Source: the human T2T-CHM13v2.0 reference genome, Homo sapiens. Taken from it: a DNA stretch of 64,000 bases. The notes beneath the pieces are model-generated. The model searched no databases and had not been told where the DNA came from. It saw nothing but the letters and a program-made list of their open reading frames with translations. The stretch lies in assembly GCF_009914755.1 (NCBI RefSeq), contig NC_060929.1. The stretch is one strand, 5' to 3'. A program made the position numbers and the translations under genes. Below, in pieces: positions 33,433 to 48,841 of this stretch (within the stretch, counting starts at the first letter, position 1; every line of letters begins with the position of its first letter).

Positions 33433-33995
33433 GTTCCAGTCACTGCTGATATGTTCACAGATTATCCTGTTTCCCATGTTAAAACAACCACTGTCTTATA
33501 TTCATATATTCTTTGGGTCAGGACTGCTCCATAACATCTAGAGTCTAAGCCAACAAGACTCAAAGGTTTAAAAGGGCTTGATGACTGAGGAAGGAGTAAT
33601 CTAGAGTTGTATTCATTCACACATCTGGAAGTTGATAATGTCTGTCACATGGAATCTCAGCAGGGACTGCTGATTGGAGCACAAGCACTACACTTGATGA
33701 AACTATGTTGCCCAGTTTTCTTGCAGCATGATAGTCTTAGGATAGTCATGCATTTTACAGGACAGCTCAGGGACCCAGAAATGAATATCTAGCAAACAAG
33801 ATAGAAGCTGTATTGACTATCAAGACCTAACCTTGGAAATCACACATCATTATTTCCCCTGCATTCTGTTGGCCACTAACAAGTTACAATCCTACCCAGA
33901 ACGAAAGGAAGGAAAATTAGACTCCACCTCTGGATGGGGAAGTGGTAAGATTCTGGAGGAGCATGTGGGATGAGTAATCCTCTTTCAAGAATCTC
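33433..33995. mobile_element. Degenerate MLT1-type MaLR LTR within L2 fragments
   Basis: aaaacaaccac..., gacctaaccttggaaatcacacatcattatttcccctgcattctgttggcc, and aattagactccacctctggatggg are MLT1-like motifs. Confidence 0.55.
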
Positions 33996-34340
33996 TATAA
34001 AATACATTTTTAAAAAATCATTATTAAGTACATGAAAGATTTACCCTCTGGAAACCAAGTAGAAATGTGTACAGCATGGCTTAGGAATAGTAAGTAAGGC
34101 TGTGTGGCTAGGGCATGGCAAGAATTGTCCCAGGATGACGCACAGCCACAAATTGGGGACAAATTTTGAAGGGCCTTTAATTCTTATAATGGAGAAATTA
34201 GACTTAAGCTTATAGCTAGTGATTTCAAGTGACTTGTTTTGTTTTTAAATCAATGATTGACATGAGTTAATTTGTGATTTAGAAAGATGACCTGGTGTTT
34301 GGATATATGGGGGTGCTTAAAAGACAAATGTAATAGTGCT

Positions 34341-34659
<319 letters not shown>

Positions 34660-37600
34660 TTACTAAGTAGTGACAATGTAAATGGGAAGAACAAATAGAT
34701 ATGAGACATATTTTGGAGGTAGGATTATGACTGATTGGCCAAGGCCGGTGAGGAAAAAGGAGGCATTAAGGATGACTCCAAAACAAGTAAGAATGTCTCA
34801 GGGGCCCCGAAGCTTGGCTACTTTGCCCGAAATAGATTCTTCTGGTCCTGGGATGCTCCATCGATCATGGCTTAGCACAGATTTCACAGCCAGACAGTCC
34901 TAACCAGGCCTGTTGAGCTGGTCATGGGAGATAGTAGTTCCTTATTGCTTTCTCGTATATTCTGTTGATGATTCTTAAGGCATCACAGAGTAGAGGTCAA
35001 TGATAAAGACGATGGTAGTACCTACTAGGTCTCCAAAGCAGACATGACACCAAAATAGGGTATTCACTTTGAAGTTCCTACTTAAATTTATGTGTACTCA
35101 CTCTAATTTTTTTGAGTAGAAAAGAGTAAATTCATGTAGTTTAATTTTTCTTTCCATCAAGAAAACTGTGGTCAGAATACTGTTTTCTTTCTGTAATGAC
35201 TGTTTCTTCTTTGTCCTGTTAGATTTTTAAAGAGATTCAAACTTCCTCCTACCAACTCCTGAGACATTATCAATTAACCACACACAGCCCATTGAACACA
35301 GCATAGCTGTAATTAAACTAAATTACTATGCAGTAGCTTTCATTACACAATGAAACAGTTTTTGTTAGACCGTAGAGAGAGTTTAATTACATGTCTAGAC
35401 ACCCCCTGAATTCAGAGCAGCAGTCTTTGTCTCTTTTAAAAGGGAATTTGAGATTTTGGTTATTGCATTTTTTTAAAGACTAAATGGTAAGGTAAGATTG
35501 GAGCTTTTATATTTTTTAATTCCTCATTCTACTTTAATGCATATTTGCTTTAGGAATCATTTATACATTGGTGAATGTAAATTTTTCCAAGGAAAAACTA
35601 CAAATTTTCACTCTTTGTCATGTTTGACATACCTTTTACTTGCATCCCAAAACTCTTTTCTTTCTCCAGTACATTCCAAATATCTACTCTTATTTTTTAA
35701 TATTATTTAATATATAAAGTATATACTGTCATCTAAAGCACAGCCATCTTTCATAATGATATTTTCAGCTTCCTCATCCTAGTGAAAGAGCTCACCTCTT
35801 TGCCTGAGGATGGAGTAATTTCTTCATTCATCCTCAGTCCTGCCCAATCAGCTTCTCTGGACAATGCAAACAGTTCAGCCTGTCTGTAGGGCCAAGGTCA
35901 AGATCCCCAGGTTCTGCTTGGCCAGAGTGTGCAGACTCAGGAGCTTCCCTTTTTACTTTTGTGCTCCAATCTAATCTCTTCTTTCCCATTACAAAAATTT
36001 GCTTGCTGCTTCTTTCTCCTTAATTGTAGATCATTTTTGAACCTTTTCCCAAGCTTTGAAGTTTTTCCTGAATACCACCTTTATTTCATTAGCCAAACCT
36101 TTCCATAGCCTCCATTCCTAAATTCTCACCTTTTCTGAAACATGGGCACATACAGTGGAAATTAGAGAATGTCATAATCATGTTTATCCTCTTAATCTCA
36201 ACATCTTCTCAGTTGCCTCACAACATATACTTGTTCTAACCTTATATACAAATAAATATTATATGCTGATTTGTAGATTGCACATAAATTGTTCCAGTTT
36301 TCTTTATATACTTTTATCCTGTCAGCATGAAATTTGTCTGTTTATATCTAGACACCTAGCTTTTTCTGTTCATTTTTTTGCATAATATCTAATTAAAAAT
36401 AATAACCATTCACTTAATAAGGATTGCTACTGAAAACAAAGATAAATGTTTCATTAAAATCTTAATTGAGTAAGGATTTCAGGTTTTGAATTGAATCTAA
36501 GAAAAGTAATGTAGGCAAAATGACATTTTCCACCAGTGCCATATAGTTTATCTTAGAAATACGTACTTAATATAGTTCTATGGCATGCATATGTATAAAT
36601 AGACAGGAAAATAAATTTCTAATCCAATGAAAATATCCATGTTTCTCCACTCTGACTTAGTATGTAGAGGAGACTCATGCCACTGTCAGTGTGTTCTTTG
36701 TGACCTCTTCTCTTGTCTACTACTCTAACCTGACACCCCTGGATTCCCTACCCAGAGGCTTTCATCATTATCTTTCTACCAGCATCCTGTTCTTTTCCCC
36801 TATGACATTGCCATCCCAGCAAGTATTTTCCAGCAAAATGATGCTTCATTCTGAGACTTCTGGGCCATACCCAAATCCTAAAGCAACAAAGCACACACAT
36901 AAACCTCAACTGCAGGGCCAGCAGCAACCTTGGCCATCTTCATTCTCACTACTGGAGTCTAACAGGATGCCTTCATTTATTAACAGATGCCTTTGAACTT
37001 GCCCACTTCTCCCTAGTGTATTATTACAGCTAGGTACATCACTACTTCTTTAGCCACTTGATTTTTAAGTCAACACATCAGTTTCGCTTTAATACACTGA
37101 CCAGTACAATTTATGAAAAGTTTCAGACACAAAGGGTACTGAAGAGAAAACTAACAGCTGAATTTTCAACAGTCTTTCCCCAAACTCCCCTGAGGCAACG
37201 CTGTATTGAATATTCAGATCAACTTCAAAGCATGTGAAGAAATTAATTCAGCTATAACTACCAACATAATGCTACTATAGAACAAAAATGAATTAGGTAA
37301 TGGTTTAAAATGTCATTTGGAAGATGAAATTCTTTCTTCTGATCTTGCAGTTAAAATATTCTTATCGGTTTTTGGCCTTTCTCAAAGTGACAAGGTAAAT
37401 CTCATTTATCTCACTAATACTCAATAAGCACCACTGAGGTGACTAAGTATTATTATCTACCAAGAATAGTATATGTTTAATAAGTGCAAAGATGCTAAGA
37501 GCCATGCTTCTGCTAAAGATGATGAAGTGGCATTGCTGTGGACATAGATTGCCAGGATGTAAGCACAACATTTTCTATTTTAATATTTTAACTTCTATTA

Positions 37601-37709
37601 CAAATGAATAACAACAAATGAATAAAAGGTCTAGATTACTATCACCTTTTGACTATAAGTTTGTGATTTAAAAAGTAGAACAATATGTGCATCTATAGGA
37701 AAATTGAGT

Positions 37710-38620
37710 TATTTATTAATCATTCGAAAGCGTTTACTGAATGCATAGTTAGTGTTAGGCTCTGTGAAGGAAATGTAGTATCTGGGGATTCTTTGTCTTT
37801 ATGGAGTTCTCAGTCCAGTGGAGGAGGCATCCTGAATGGAAAGCCTGCAAAGAAACATACATGCTGTAAAGAAAAATAGGCAGCATCAATGAGAGGATAT
37901 AAGAGCTGACACATATGTTACTTTGGAAGGATAGGTACAGTTTCCCTGAGGAAGTGACATTATAGCTAAGTCCTGAGGATGAGGAGAGCTGGCCAGATGA
38001 AGAAGTGTGAAAGGGCTCAGGCAGGGAACAGCCAGAGGTGAGAAAGAGATGAAGGATTTTGAAAAACTGAGAGAAAATCTGTGTCAGAGAACAGAACAAG
38101 AGAGGGGAGAGTGACAGAATATGAGGCTGGAGAGGAGCATAGGAACCAGATCACCAAGACCTTGAAGGCCAGGATAAAGTCGTGGAAAACCATTGAAGAC
38201 TTTCACAAGGAGAAGAAATGGCCTGATTCCCTGTGCTTTATGTAAAGAGTAGTGTGTAAAGTGGCATGCTGAAAATCAAAGCAAGTATTAAAGGGGCTGC
38301 TATGGCCATCCAGCTGGAGTAATGCTCATGAAAGAGACAGGGCCATTCTGGAGACATTTTGGAATTAAAGTTGAAAGAACTTAATTGTGAATTGGATGTA
38401 GATGGCGAGGGAGAGAAAGTCAATTTTTGACTTGAACACTTAAGTTGATGGAGAGATTACGTTTTCAGGTGGAAGAAATTGGAAGAGGGCAGGGAGGTCG
38501 AGAGTGCTGCTATGGACATGATAAAGTTAACGTGCCCACAAGATATCCAACTGAAAATGAGACAAGGCAGTTGGATAAATGATCTTGGAGCTTAAGAAAC
38601 AACATTGAATTGGAAATCCT
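37710..38620 (+). mobile_element. L2 LINE fragments (purine-rich strand on +)
   Basis: cattcgaaagcgtttactgaatgc..., cctgaggaagtgacatt, ggacatgataaagtt...ggcagttggata are typical L2 relic motifs. Strand and boundaries are uncertain. Confidence 0.55.
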
Positions 38621-39124
38621 TTTAAGATACTGTCATGGAATGACCTTTAATTCTCAAACCGCTAGCAATGTAATTACGTAGTATGTTTAGTTAATGTGAG
38701 AATAGATATAGTTGCCAGCTAAATGTACCCTGTATCTGTCATATTCAAATCACATCATTTGTAGCAAACATGTGGTATTCAGGATTAACAAATATATGAA
38801 ATGCCTGCCACTTAGAGAAAAATTATTGTAAAAAATTATCCAAGTAATCCATAAGTGTTATAGTTAAATTTTATATAAAAAATTTAAGATTAATCATAAT
38901 TTTTTACATTCATGTATACTCCTTTATGCTATAAAAAGTAGCAGAAGGAAAGAGTAGACAAATGTGCTCAAAGAGTTTACAGCAAAAAAGAAGACTAGGA
39001 GAACAAACACTGTAAATGTTCAATTTAGGAAGTGGAGTCAGAAAAATAATCATTTATTTATTCATACACTTAACAAATGTTTATTGGGCATCTACTGAGT
39101 GCCCAGCTCCCTTTTAAACTTTAA

Positions 39125-39470
39125 AGCAAAATTACAGACTGCAGTATTTTGTTTGGCCTGTGCAGGATTTAACATTTTTCAACTTAGTTGCCAACATTTA
39201 AAATTTGGAATATTTTACATCAAAAGAATCTTAATTTCTGCCTCGCCTTGAAAAATCAGAAGAGCTAACAACCTGGGGTCTGCATCCCACCTGACCACAG
39301 TTGGCTGAACCGGAGTAGCCTTTGCCTCTTAAAGGGTCATGCTCTCTCCACAAACAGGCACAGTCCCTACAACTTTCCAATGTCTCCCTTTTATTTTACT
39401 CCATGCCTACCTCCTTCATTCTTTTAGGGTATCTTCCTCGCCCCTCGAGAGTTTGTGATCCCTACTCAAG
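39125..39470. mobile_element. hAT-Charlie relic (MER102-like)
   Basis: ttttgtttggcc...acttagttgccaacatttaaaat...cttgaaaaatcagaagagctaacaac resembles recalled MER102 consensus. Confidence 0.5.
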
Positions 39471-42429
39471 AGCTACACAATCAAACACAACATTGCTGCT
39501 GCCCTGCATGCTGGAAACTTTGGAAAGATGCTGAAGGTTATAAGCAGGGGAGTGCCATATCTAGATCTGTCTACTCTTGTGGCAGTGCGAAGCAGGGACT
39601 GGAGGAGGTTAATGCTGGAAATTGGGAAGCTGACAGCTAAGCTGGTTATTAGAGTAATTAAGAGGGAAAGCATGCTAGTGGCCTGGCTGGAGGCAAGGGC
39701 AGTAAGCAGGGAAAGGAGGTGGGGATACACAAGCCACTAAGGAGGGAGAGCCTACACATCAACACAGATTGGGTGTGTCAAATAAAGGAGATGAAGGAAT
39801 AGGATAAATTCAGGTTTCTGGCTTGGTCAATTGGATCGTATCATTTGTAGGGATTGGGAATACAGGTACAGAAGAAGCAGACTTAGGGTAAACTATGAGT
39901 TTAGTTTTAGAAATGTTGAGACTGGAGCACCAATGAAACATTCCAATGGAATGTAAAGTAGAAAGTTGAATGGAGTCCAGAGCTACAGGGAAGTATAGGC
40001 AGGCAATAGAGATTTGGGACACAGTGGAATAAGGGGTAACTCAATTTGTGGTTTGGATGAGCTCACCCTGGAAACACAGAAAAAGCAGAGGGTCCTAAGC
40101 AAGTGGAAGACCTGGAGCCAGGGAAGGAGGCTGAAAGAACAGAGGAGTCAGGAAAGCCAGGCTGCTGATGCCAGGAACACTGGCCTATGAGAGTCTGAAG
40201 GAGAGACTAGCCAATGTAGTCAGATGTCTTTGGGTTGAGAAAAATGAGTCAGAACAGGGTATTGGGTTTGATAGGACAAAAATAAGATTATAGTGTGTTA
40301 AAGAAACAAAAATGAAGGGAGACTACATTTTCAGGAAATTGGCTGACTAGAATAGGAAATAATTGAGTATAGCCAGAGAAAGCTGGGAATATGTGGGTTT
40401 GAGAGAATATGGAGGTAGTGGTTGCTTTCTTTTTCTTATTTCTCTTTGAGGACCATAGCTCCTAGTCTAGAGCATACTAATGTGATGCAAGGGAACAAAG
40501 AGGAAATGGAGAGGAAGAGGTAAAGAGAAGGCAGGAGACATGGACCTTGACTCAGGAGTCAGGAGGGCATGGGATGAGATCCAAGCAGCACTAAGGGATG
40601 GCTCTGGAAGAACTACAGAAAATCCCAGGAGAACTGAGCATAAACAAAGTAACAGGACTGGAAGTGCAACTGTTTATCAATGACAAATATTATTTATTTT
40701 AGAAATTTTTTGTTACATAGTTGACAAAACTATAGTAAGAATGTTTCAAATCCTAGTCACCACAAACTGTTTCTTTTCTAACACCTAAACTTTCTTACTG
40801 TAAACTATAAACACATACAGAGAAAATTCAGTACACATTTCACTGAGACCTTTTTCAAGAGTGAAGAAAGACATAAATATGACATATTCTATTTATAAGT
40901 TATATTGCATCATCTTGGGTAGAAGATTTGTGGCAAATTAAATGAAAAATGCATACAAAATTTCTATTAAATTAGAAAAAGGAATCAAAAGCCAGGTAGA
41001 GGAAGGAAGAGGTAAACATATCCAAACTCAGCTATTTACTGTAATTGAAACCTCTTTTTCACTGAGATTTTTGGCAGCAAAACAGAAGGAAAAAATATGA
41101 ATTATAAAGCAAGTATTTTCTGATCAAAGTATCCTTTGAAACTTTAGAAAAGAGCAAGTTTTCCAAGTCTCAAAGGATTGCTCAATGTGATGTATTTTAC
41201 AAAGGATGTGAAATAGCAAGGATAGAGTCCGAATAGCTACCATTTACACATAGAATATCTACTACATGCTCATAACATACTAAGTAATTACACACCTCAT
41301 TTCTAATTCCCACTACAATCTGCAAAGTGGGCGTTGCAGATGAGAAAACCGAGGCTTAGAGGACAGATAAATTGCTTAAGGTCACATAGCTAACAAATGA
41401 TATACTTTGGGCATATTACCCCAAAGCACCACTCATGAAGTCTTTCTTTAATAATTGTTTCAGAAACAATGCAAAAAAAATCTCAATATATGTATTTCTG
41501 TCAACCCATGATCAAGACTGAGGGCAAGATATTTAAACAGAACTTAGCAGAGATATGCCTTTGGCAGCAAATATTGCATTTATTTTATAATATATATTAA
41601 AAATATGTTAGTCTCTCTCAACTACTCTGCAGATAAAATTATATTTCTGTCTTATGCTTTTTAAAAATATAACACACTTAAAATATGAGCCAATAAATTA
41701 ATTGTGCATCCCTGACTCCTACTATTTCTTTTCCTCCTCTTCCTTATTTTTATTCCTTAAAGTTTTCATTAACTTGTATACCCCTGGTTATTTGCTTTTG
41801 TAATTTCTTTATTAAAGGTTAGCATTTGTCAAGATAACCTTTAGAAGTAGGGTGCTACAATTGTCAGATTTGTTGTTTCTGTCTCCATTAAATTGTTAGA
41901 CTGACATAGCAGATTTTAAAAATCTTCTCCCCAGTTCTTCTCCCCAGTTTATGGTTTGTTTTTTTCTGTTTTCTTGCATGTCTTTGCTTTACTTTAATTA
42001 TGATTACATTGAACACATGGTTTATTCTAGAATACCCAGTTACCATGTTTTTATTCTTTCTAGTGCATTTATCTATTTATGTTAATCCCCATGATTTACA
42101 TAATCTGTAGCTAAAATCAACAATATCTTGGTAAGATATGTTTCTCCATGATTAGGTATTTCTTTATCAGCTCTATAGATAGCATTAATATGATATCATA
42201 AAATATCTTTGCACATTTTCCCATGACCACACAATCTTTAGCAGCATGTTTTATTCTTTATTTTCTTTTCCTCTTCTCTATGTACGGTGATTGTGAAGTA
42301 ATGAGATTAGTGTTGATGATATTAGAAGTGTGTATTTCATTTAAAAATCAGTTTTAAAATAAAGGGAAGCCTGCCTATTATTCGGCTCTTTAAATTGATC
42401 TTTTTATGTCTTCAGATGCTCCAAGATAG

Positions 42430-43365
<936 letters not shown>

Positions 43366-43569
43366 AAGAGTGTTGATCTTTCTAATGTTTGTATCTTTTT
43401 GGGAAAAGAAAAATCATACTTCACATTTTCCTTCTACCTGTCTTCCTGACTTGAGATAATGTAAAGGTTAGAAATTCTATTGGTCAAAGTTTATCAGGGG
43501 ATGTAAACAAAAATGAAATAGTGACTCCTGACATTTTATCAGTCAGATATATTTAAATGCCTCCCCCTA

Positions 43570-43571
<2 letters not shown>

Positions 43572-43633
<62 letters not shown>

Positions 43634-43686
43634 TATATATATACTATATATACTATATATATACTATATATATAGTATATATATAT
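43572..43686. repeat. Compound (TA)n(CA)n(TA-rich) microsatellite
   Basis: Direct reading. Confidence 0.95.
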
Positions 43687-44479
43687 GAATATATCATGAC
43701 TTTTGATAATCTTTCTACACCAAGTAATGTTTAGCAAATCATCTCTGCATGTCTTTTTAAAAGCCAAGATCATGACCTTTAGCATTTAATTGCTTTGTTT
43801 TGTTTTAAAGCTTGTTCCTTTGGTAGTGTATAGCTCCTCGTTCTAGTATTTTTCTCTAAACTTTCCTTCCTTTATCTAGTCTAGTTCTCCTTTATGGAGT
43901 GCCAAATGATGTTTTCTTTTTTGTTGTTTTTGTTGCTGTTGTTTAACTTGCACTTAGAACGCAACCACCTTTTCGTTTCAAGAAAGCCAGAACAACATTT
44001 AGTGAGGATCTTCATATAATTAGTTCTTTGCTAAACAAAACTTACCAGGTCATTTCATTTGTCTTTGTTACTGTGTTCCTATGTTTAGCGTCATTTTCTT
44101 CTCAACACAATGGAGTTTCTAAATTGGGTAAGATTAGGGGGAAAAATCAATATGTTCCGTTAGTCCCAAACTATGCAATTCTTAGATATGTTCCAAAGGT
44201 ACTATATGAGATATTCTATCTATCTTCCCCTTCAAACTCAGCTTATATCAAGATACAGTATCTTCCTTCTTGGGGACACCGCATGTTTTCCCTGGGTATC
44301 ATTCGTGGTCGAGCATGCTCCTCTGTCATTCTCTCATTTCTCTTCCTACCTTCATTACCTTCCTTTCCAGTATCCTCCCCTCTTTTCCTTCGTTGTTATT
44401 TTTCTTTTGTTCCCTCACCTTAATCAATCAAGTAACAAATGTTCATTGAGCATCTCCTTGGGAATTATGTAATAGGCAA

Positions 44480-44700
44480 GACGTATGTGCTCTACAGCCA
44501 GATGCCTGAGTCTGAATCCCAACTCTAGTGTGTAGTTGTGATACTGTACAGATTTCGTAGCCTCTTTGTTCCTCAGTTTCTTCATTTGGAAAACAAATAT
44601 TAGACGACTTACTGGTTAGAGCTGTTGTGAAGATTAAATGAGTCAACAGGTATAAGGTATTTAAAATAGAGCTTAAAATACAGTAAGTGTTTAAAACATG
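44480..44700 (+). mobile_element. MIR SINE
   Basis: cctctttgttcctcagtttcttcatttggaaaac...gttgtgaagattaaatgag core. Confidence 0.75.
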
Positions 44701-45718
44701 TAAGAGCCTCAGGTGCCACTGTCACAACCCTCACACTCTGCTTTCTGTGATGCTAAGGTGGTATCCCCTGGCAGGAAACACTCCCATGAAGAGTTTCTTC
44801 ATGGAGACTCATGTCTAATTCCTTCCTGCAGAATCCACACTGGGCCCATGAGAAATGTACATCCAGCTATTATTTGAGAGTAGCTGAATCTCCCTGAGGC
44901 CCTCTCTGCATTATCTTGCTGCAACTATCCACTCTTCTTTCCATTTTCATGCATGAGCCAGTTATCTGTTTCCCCAAATCACGAAGCCATCTTGAAACTG
45001 TACCTCCCCAACCCCCCTTACTTGGCTTAAGTATAAAAGACTCCTTGCCTTCCCACATGAGGTAGGAAACGAGAGAGAGTATAGCACACTGGAAACTTTT
45101 TCTCTTAAACCAACAGAAACATGGGCAAATGTTATGAACAGGAAATTCATGGAAGAGGAAAACTGATTGACCGAGAAGCTCAACTATGCTAGTGAACAGA
45201 GAAAGGCAAATTAAACCAAACTTAAGACACAATCTTTGCACTCCAGCTCAGCAAAAGTTAAAACTACAGATTTAGCAAAGATATTAACATATATGCATAC
45301 ATTGTTTGTGTGAGTGAAAATTGATGGAGGCTTTTAGGAAAGTGATTTTGAAGTGTGTATTAAAATAAAAATGCTGTATGCCTTGACTCCACAACTGCAC
45401 CTGCTTCCAGGTATCTGTCCTAGAAAAATACCAGCAGAAACACTCAAATATTCAAGTGCTGGAATGTTTATATTGTATTACTTGTAACTTTTTAAAAATT
45501 GAAAACAACTTGAATGTCCATTAAAAATGAATAAGTAAATTAATTATAATACAAGATGCAAGAATTCAATAGAATACACTAAACTGATACGAAGGTAAGC
45601 CTTCAAAGATATTTTGTTAAGCAGAAAAAAAGCCACCTAAAAATTGTATTAATGATATATATAAGTAGGAAAATGGAGGAAACCAGGGATATTACCTTGT
45701 GTATATACATATGTAGTC

Positions 45719-46033
45719 TTTTTTTTTGGTTTGGTTTTTTGTTTTTGTTTTTGTTTTCTTTTGAGACAGGGTCTTGCTCTATCACCCAGGCTGGAATGCA
45801 GTGGCATGATCATGGCTCACTGAAGTCTTAACCTCCTGGGCTCAAGTGATCCTCCCACCTCAGCCTCCAGAGTAGCTAGAACTACAAGGCATGCACCACC
45901 ATCCCTGGCTTTTTAAAATTTTTCATAGAGATGGGCTCTTGTTATGTTGCCCACACTGGTCTCGAACTCCTGGACTCAAACGATCCTTCCACCTCGGCCC
46001 ACCGAATTGCTGGTATTACGGTCATGAGCCAGT
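45719..46033 (-). mobile_element. AluJ-type element
   Basis: Antisense Alu with J-type stretches (gatcatggctcactg, ctcaagtgatcctcccacc); the 5' end is slightly clipped. Confidence 0.93.
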
Positions 46034-46104
46034 GTAATATACAGATGTCCTGAATATTTGATATATGTAAAGAAATCTGTTCATATAAACAAGTGACTCA
46101 GAAC

Positions 46105-46154
46105 CTAGATTCACTAATGCCTAGAATGCTTTTTCTATGCATTAGTGAATCTAG
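46105..46154. repeat. Local hairpin with a 22-bp stem (1 mismatch) and a 6-nt loop
   Basis: ctagattcactaatgcctagaa-tgcttt-ttctatgcattagtgaatctag. Confidence 0.93.
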
Positions 46155-47001
46155 CCCAGTGTATATAGACTCGTTTGTAAATGCATAGAAAAAATGTTCA
46201 AACAAACTTTTTGGGAAAAAACGTTTCAAACTGATGAGGGATTACTTTTGAAGAGGGGACTGGAACTGTATCTGGGGGAAGGGAAATCAGGTAGGACTTC
46301 AGCATTTACAATGAGAATATGTTGCATGTATGCTTATACGTGATTTTACAAAATAATTTAAAGTACAATAAAATGAGCAGAGTTGCTAGATGTGATCTTT
46401 GAGATTCATCTCAAATACAGCTTTCAACATCTATATTGACAGTTAGATTTACTAATTCTCAGAAGAGCCTATGAGTGCATCCATCATTATCAAACAGTAT
46501 TTGTCTTGTTAAGGATAGTTCTCTATAATAACTCACATCTATATGTCTAAAATACTCACATCTATATGTCTGCTCAGACAATAATTATGAAGTCTTTGCT
46601 ATACAGGTTTATAAGATCACACATCCAATTACGCTTTTTAGATAATAAGCCAGACAAATTTCAGTACACAGCACCTTGACATCATTATAGTAATTAGCTA
46701 ATTCCAGTTGATATAGTAATATGCATAAAGAGAATTGTAACTAATATTAGCTGAGGAGTAAATATTTCATTCTGGGAATAGATTCTATACAATTTAAATT
46801 GCATCACATTTAGGTAACTATTTATAAAGTATTATTTAATGTATACAGTTTAAAACAGATTTTCCTTTATGGTACTTATTGTTAAGTCATAATATGTGTG
46901 TTCTTGAATCACATAACTTATAGTTCTTAAAAGATTAAGTATAGACATTCGAACCATAAATAGCATTACACAAATGTTATTTCATTATTTTCCCTCTTTA
47001 G

Positions 47002-47211
<210 letters not shown>

Positions 47212-48841
47212 TGACATCTGTAAAGGAAATAATATGTTGTTTTGGAAGTTTTTGCTCTTTCCTGGAATGTTTATTTGGAAAATATTGCTTAGAAGTTAGT
47301 ATTCTGTTGCTGGGCACACAAAGGAATCACAGCTTAGAAATGGCAAGGACCACAGGAGATGACCTTGTATTTTGTAAATAAGTTTATAGTGAACAAAATG
47401 ATAGAAAAAGTAACACATCTTTTGGAGATATTAACTTTTATTCCACAGATTGCTTGGAGCTTAATTTTAGGTAATAAAGAACTTTGACATAAAATATTTA
47501 GCACATATTAGTGAGTCTAGGCTTTGAGTCGCTTGTTTATATGAACAGAGATAAATTAAGATCTGCCTTTCCCAAAATGCACTCCATAGAACACTGGTTT
47601 CTCAGCAGGGTAGATGAGGATGGGAGTGATTCACAGAAATGCTATGGCTGATCAACTAAGTTAGGAAATGCCAACTTTAAAAAAGTTAAACAAGATTTGT
47701 ATTTCTGTAGGACTTTCCAGAACCTTTAACCTGTTAACATATAAATTTACATATTATATCATATTCTATGAGACTTTTTTAAAATTTTTACCAATAAGCA
47801 TTTTGAAAAACTATAAAGATGAACTTTGGGAAATTCTGATCTACCCAAAGAAACCTTTAATTAGCACTTTAGAAAAAAATAAATGTTACTTTCCATGTAT
47901 CTTCCAAAGCAAATCTTCATTTCAAAAAATATTGTAAACTTTATTTTCGATGAATTCTCACTAGTGGAATCTTCATTAAATCCTCTGAAGGGCATTGCTC
48001 TTCTGGTGCCTTCCTTATCGTGCTAATCTGCGAAGTTCACTGCATTTACAGATGTTAACACCTTTAACAATTAAGTTGTTCATATCAGGGAAGAGCTCAG
48101 ATAACATAATGTGCTTTATGAATGCAAGAACCTAAGGAAAAAATCCTGAAAGTCCTGCTGGGCAGCCAGCTTGTTCTCATAATCACTCCTGTAAGGCAGG
48201 GGACAGCAGGCAGTTTCCATTTCCTTTCACATCACTTTCAAAGATTTAATCCTTAAAGCAATTTCTTTAAATGGATGGATAGATACTAATTTAGGCAGGA
48301 GAGGTTTTCTTTCTGAAGGGCTTCCTGCTGCTTCCACTGATAAGGATCAGGCACCTGCCAGGAAATGTGGGTTTATCTTTGAAGTCTAAAATGGAATTCA
48401 TTCTGCACCTGCCTCTCTTGAAGAATGCCCTTGAATGGTTTCCTGATGTTTCCTGAGTGCAAGAGATATAGCTCAGCAAATAGTTCATAATGGTAGCAAC
48501 TTTCGATAATCTTTTACCTAGGTAATATTCTGAGAAATAAATAAAAAGGATTCTTACCAAAAAAATCTTATAGTCTTCTTATGAGAGTAAATTCTTATAA
48601 GTGAAATACATTGGAGACTGAATGTATTTTCAAGCTGAACAAACCTTTTGATGTTTCTGTTAATTCTCGTGTCACTGATGAAAGTCTATTTTTTTTCTCC
48701 TCTCTGTCAATAAATTGAAGATTCTGGATTATATCATTAATTCTGTATTGTCCCTTAGAGTTACTGTTACATAAATTTCAGAAGTAACAACATTAGACAA
48801 AATATAACTATTGCAACTATTACTTTAAGAAAAAATAGCTT

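Larger units (their letters stand above)
45100..46370 (+). mobile_element. Degraded old L1 (L1ME-like) 3' region, interrupted by an Alu and by short inverted copies
   Basis: ggaaattcatggaagaggaaa, aaaggcaaattaaacc, ccttgactccacaac...ggtatctgtcctagaaaaata, aaacaacttgaatgtcca. Confidence 0.6.

Noticed and set aside
44783-44805. Small hairpin ccatgaaga-gtt-tcttcatgg
   Set aside because: The stem of about 9 bp is too short to distinguish from chance.
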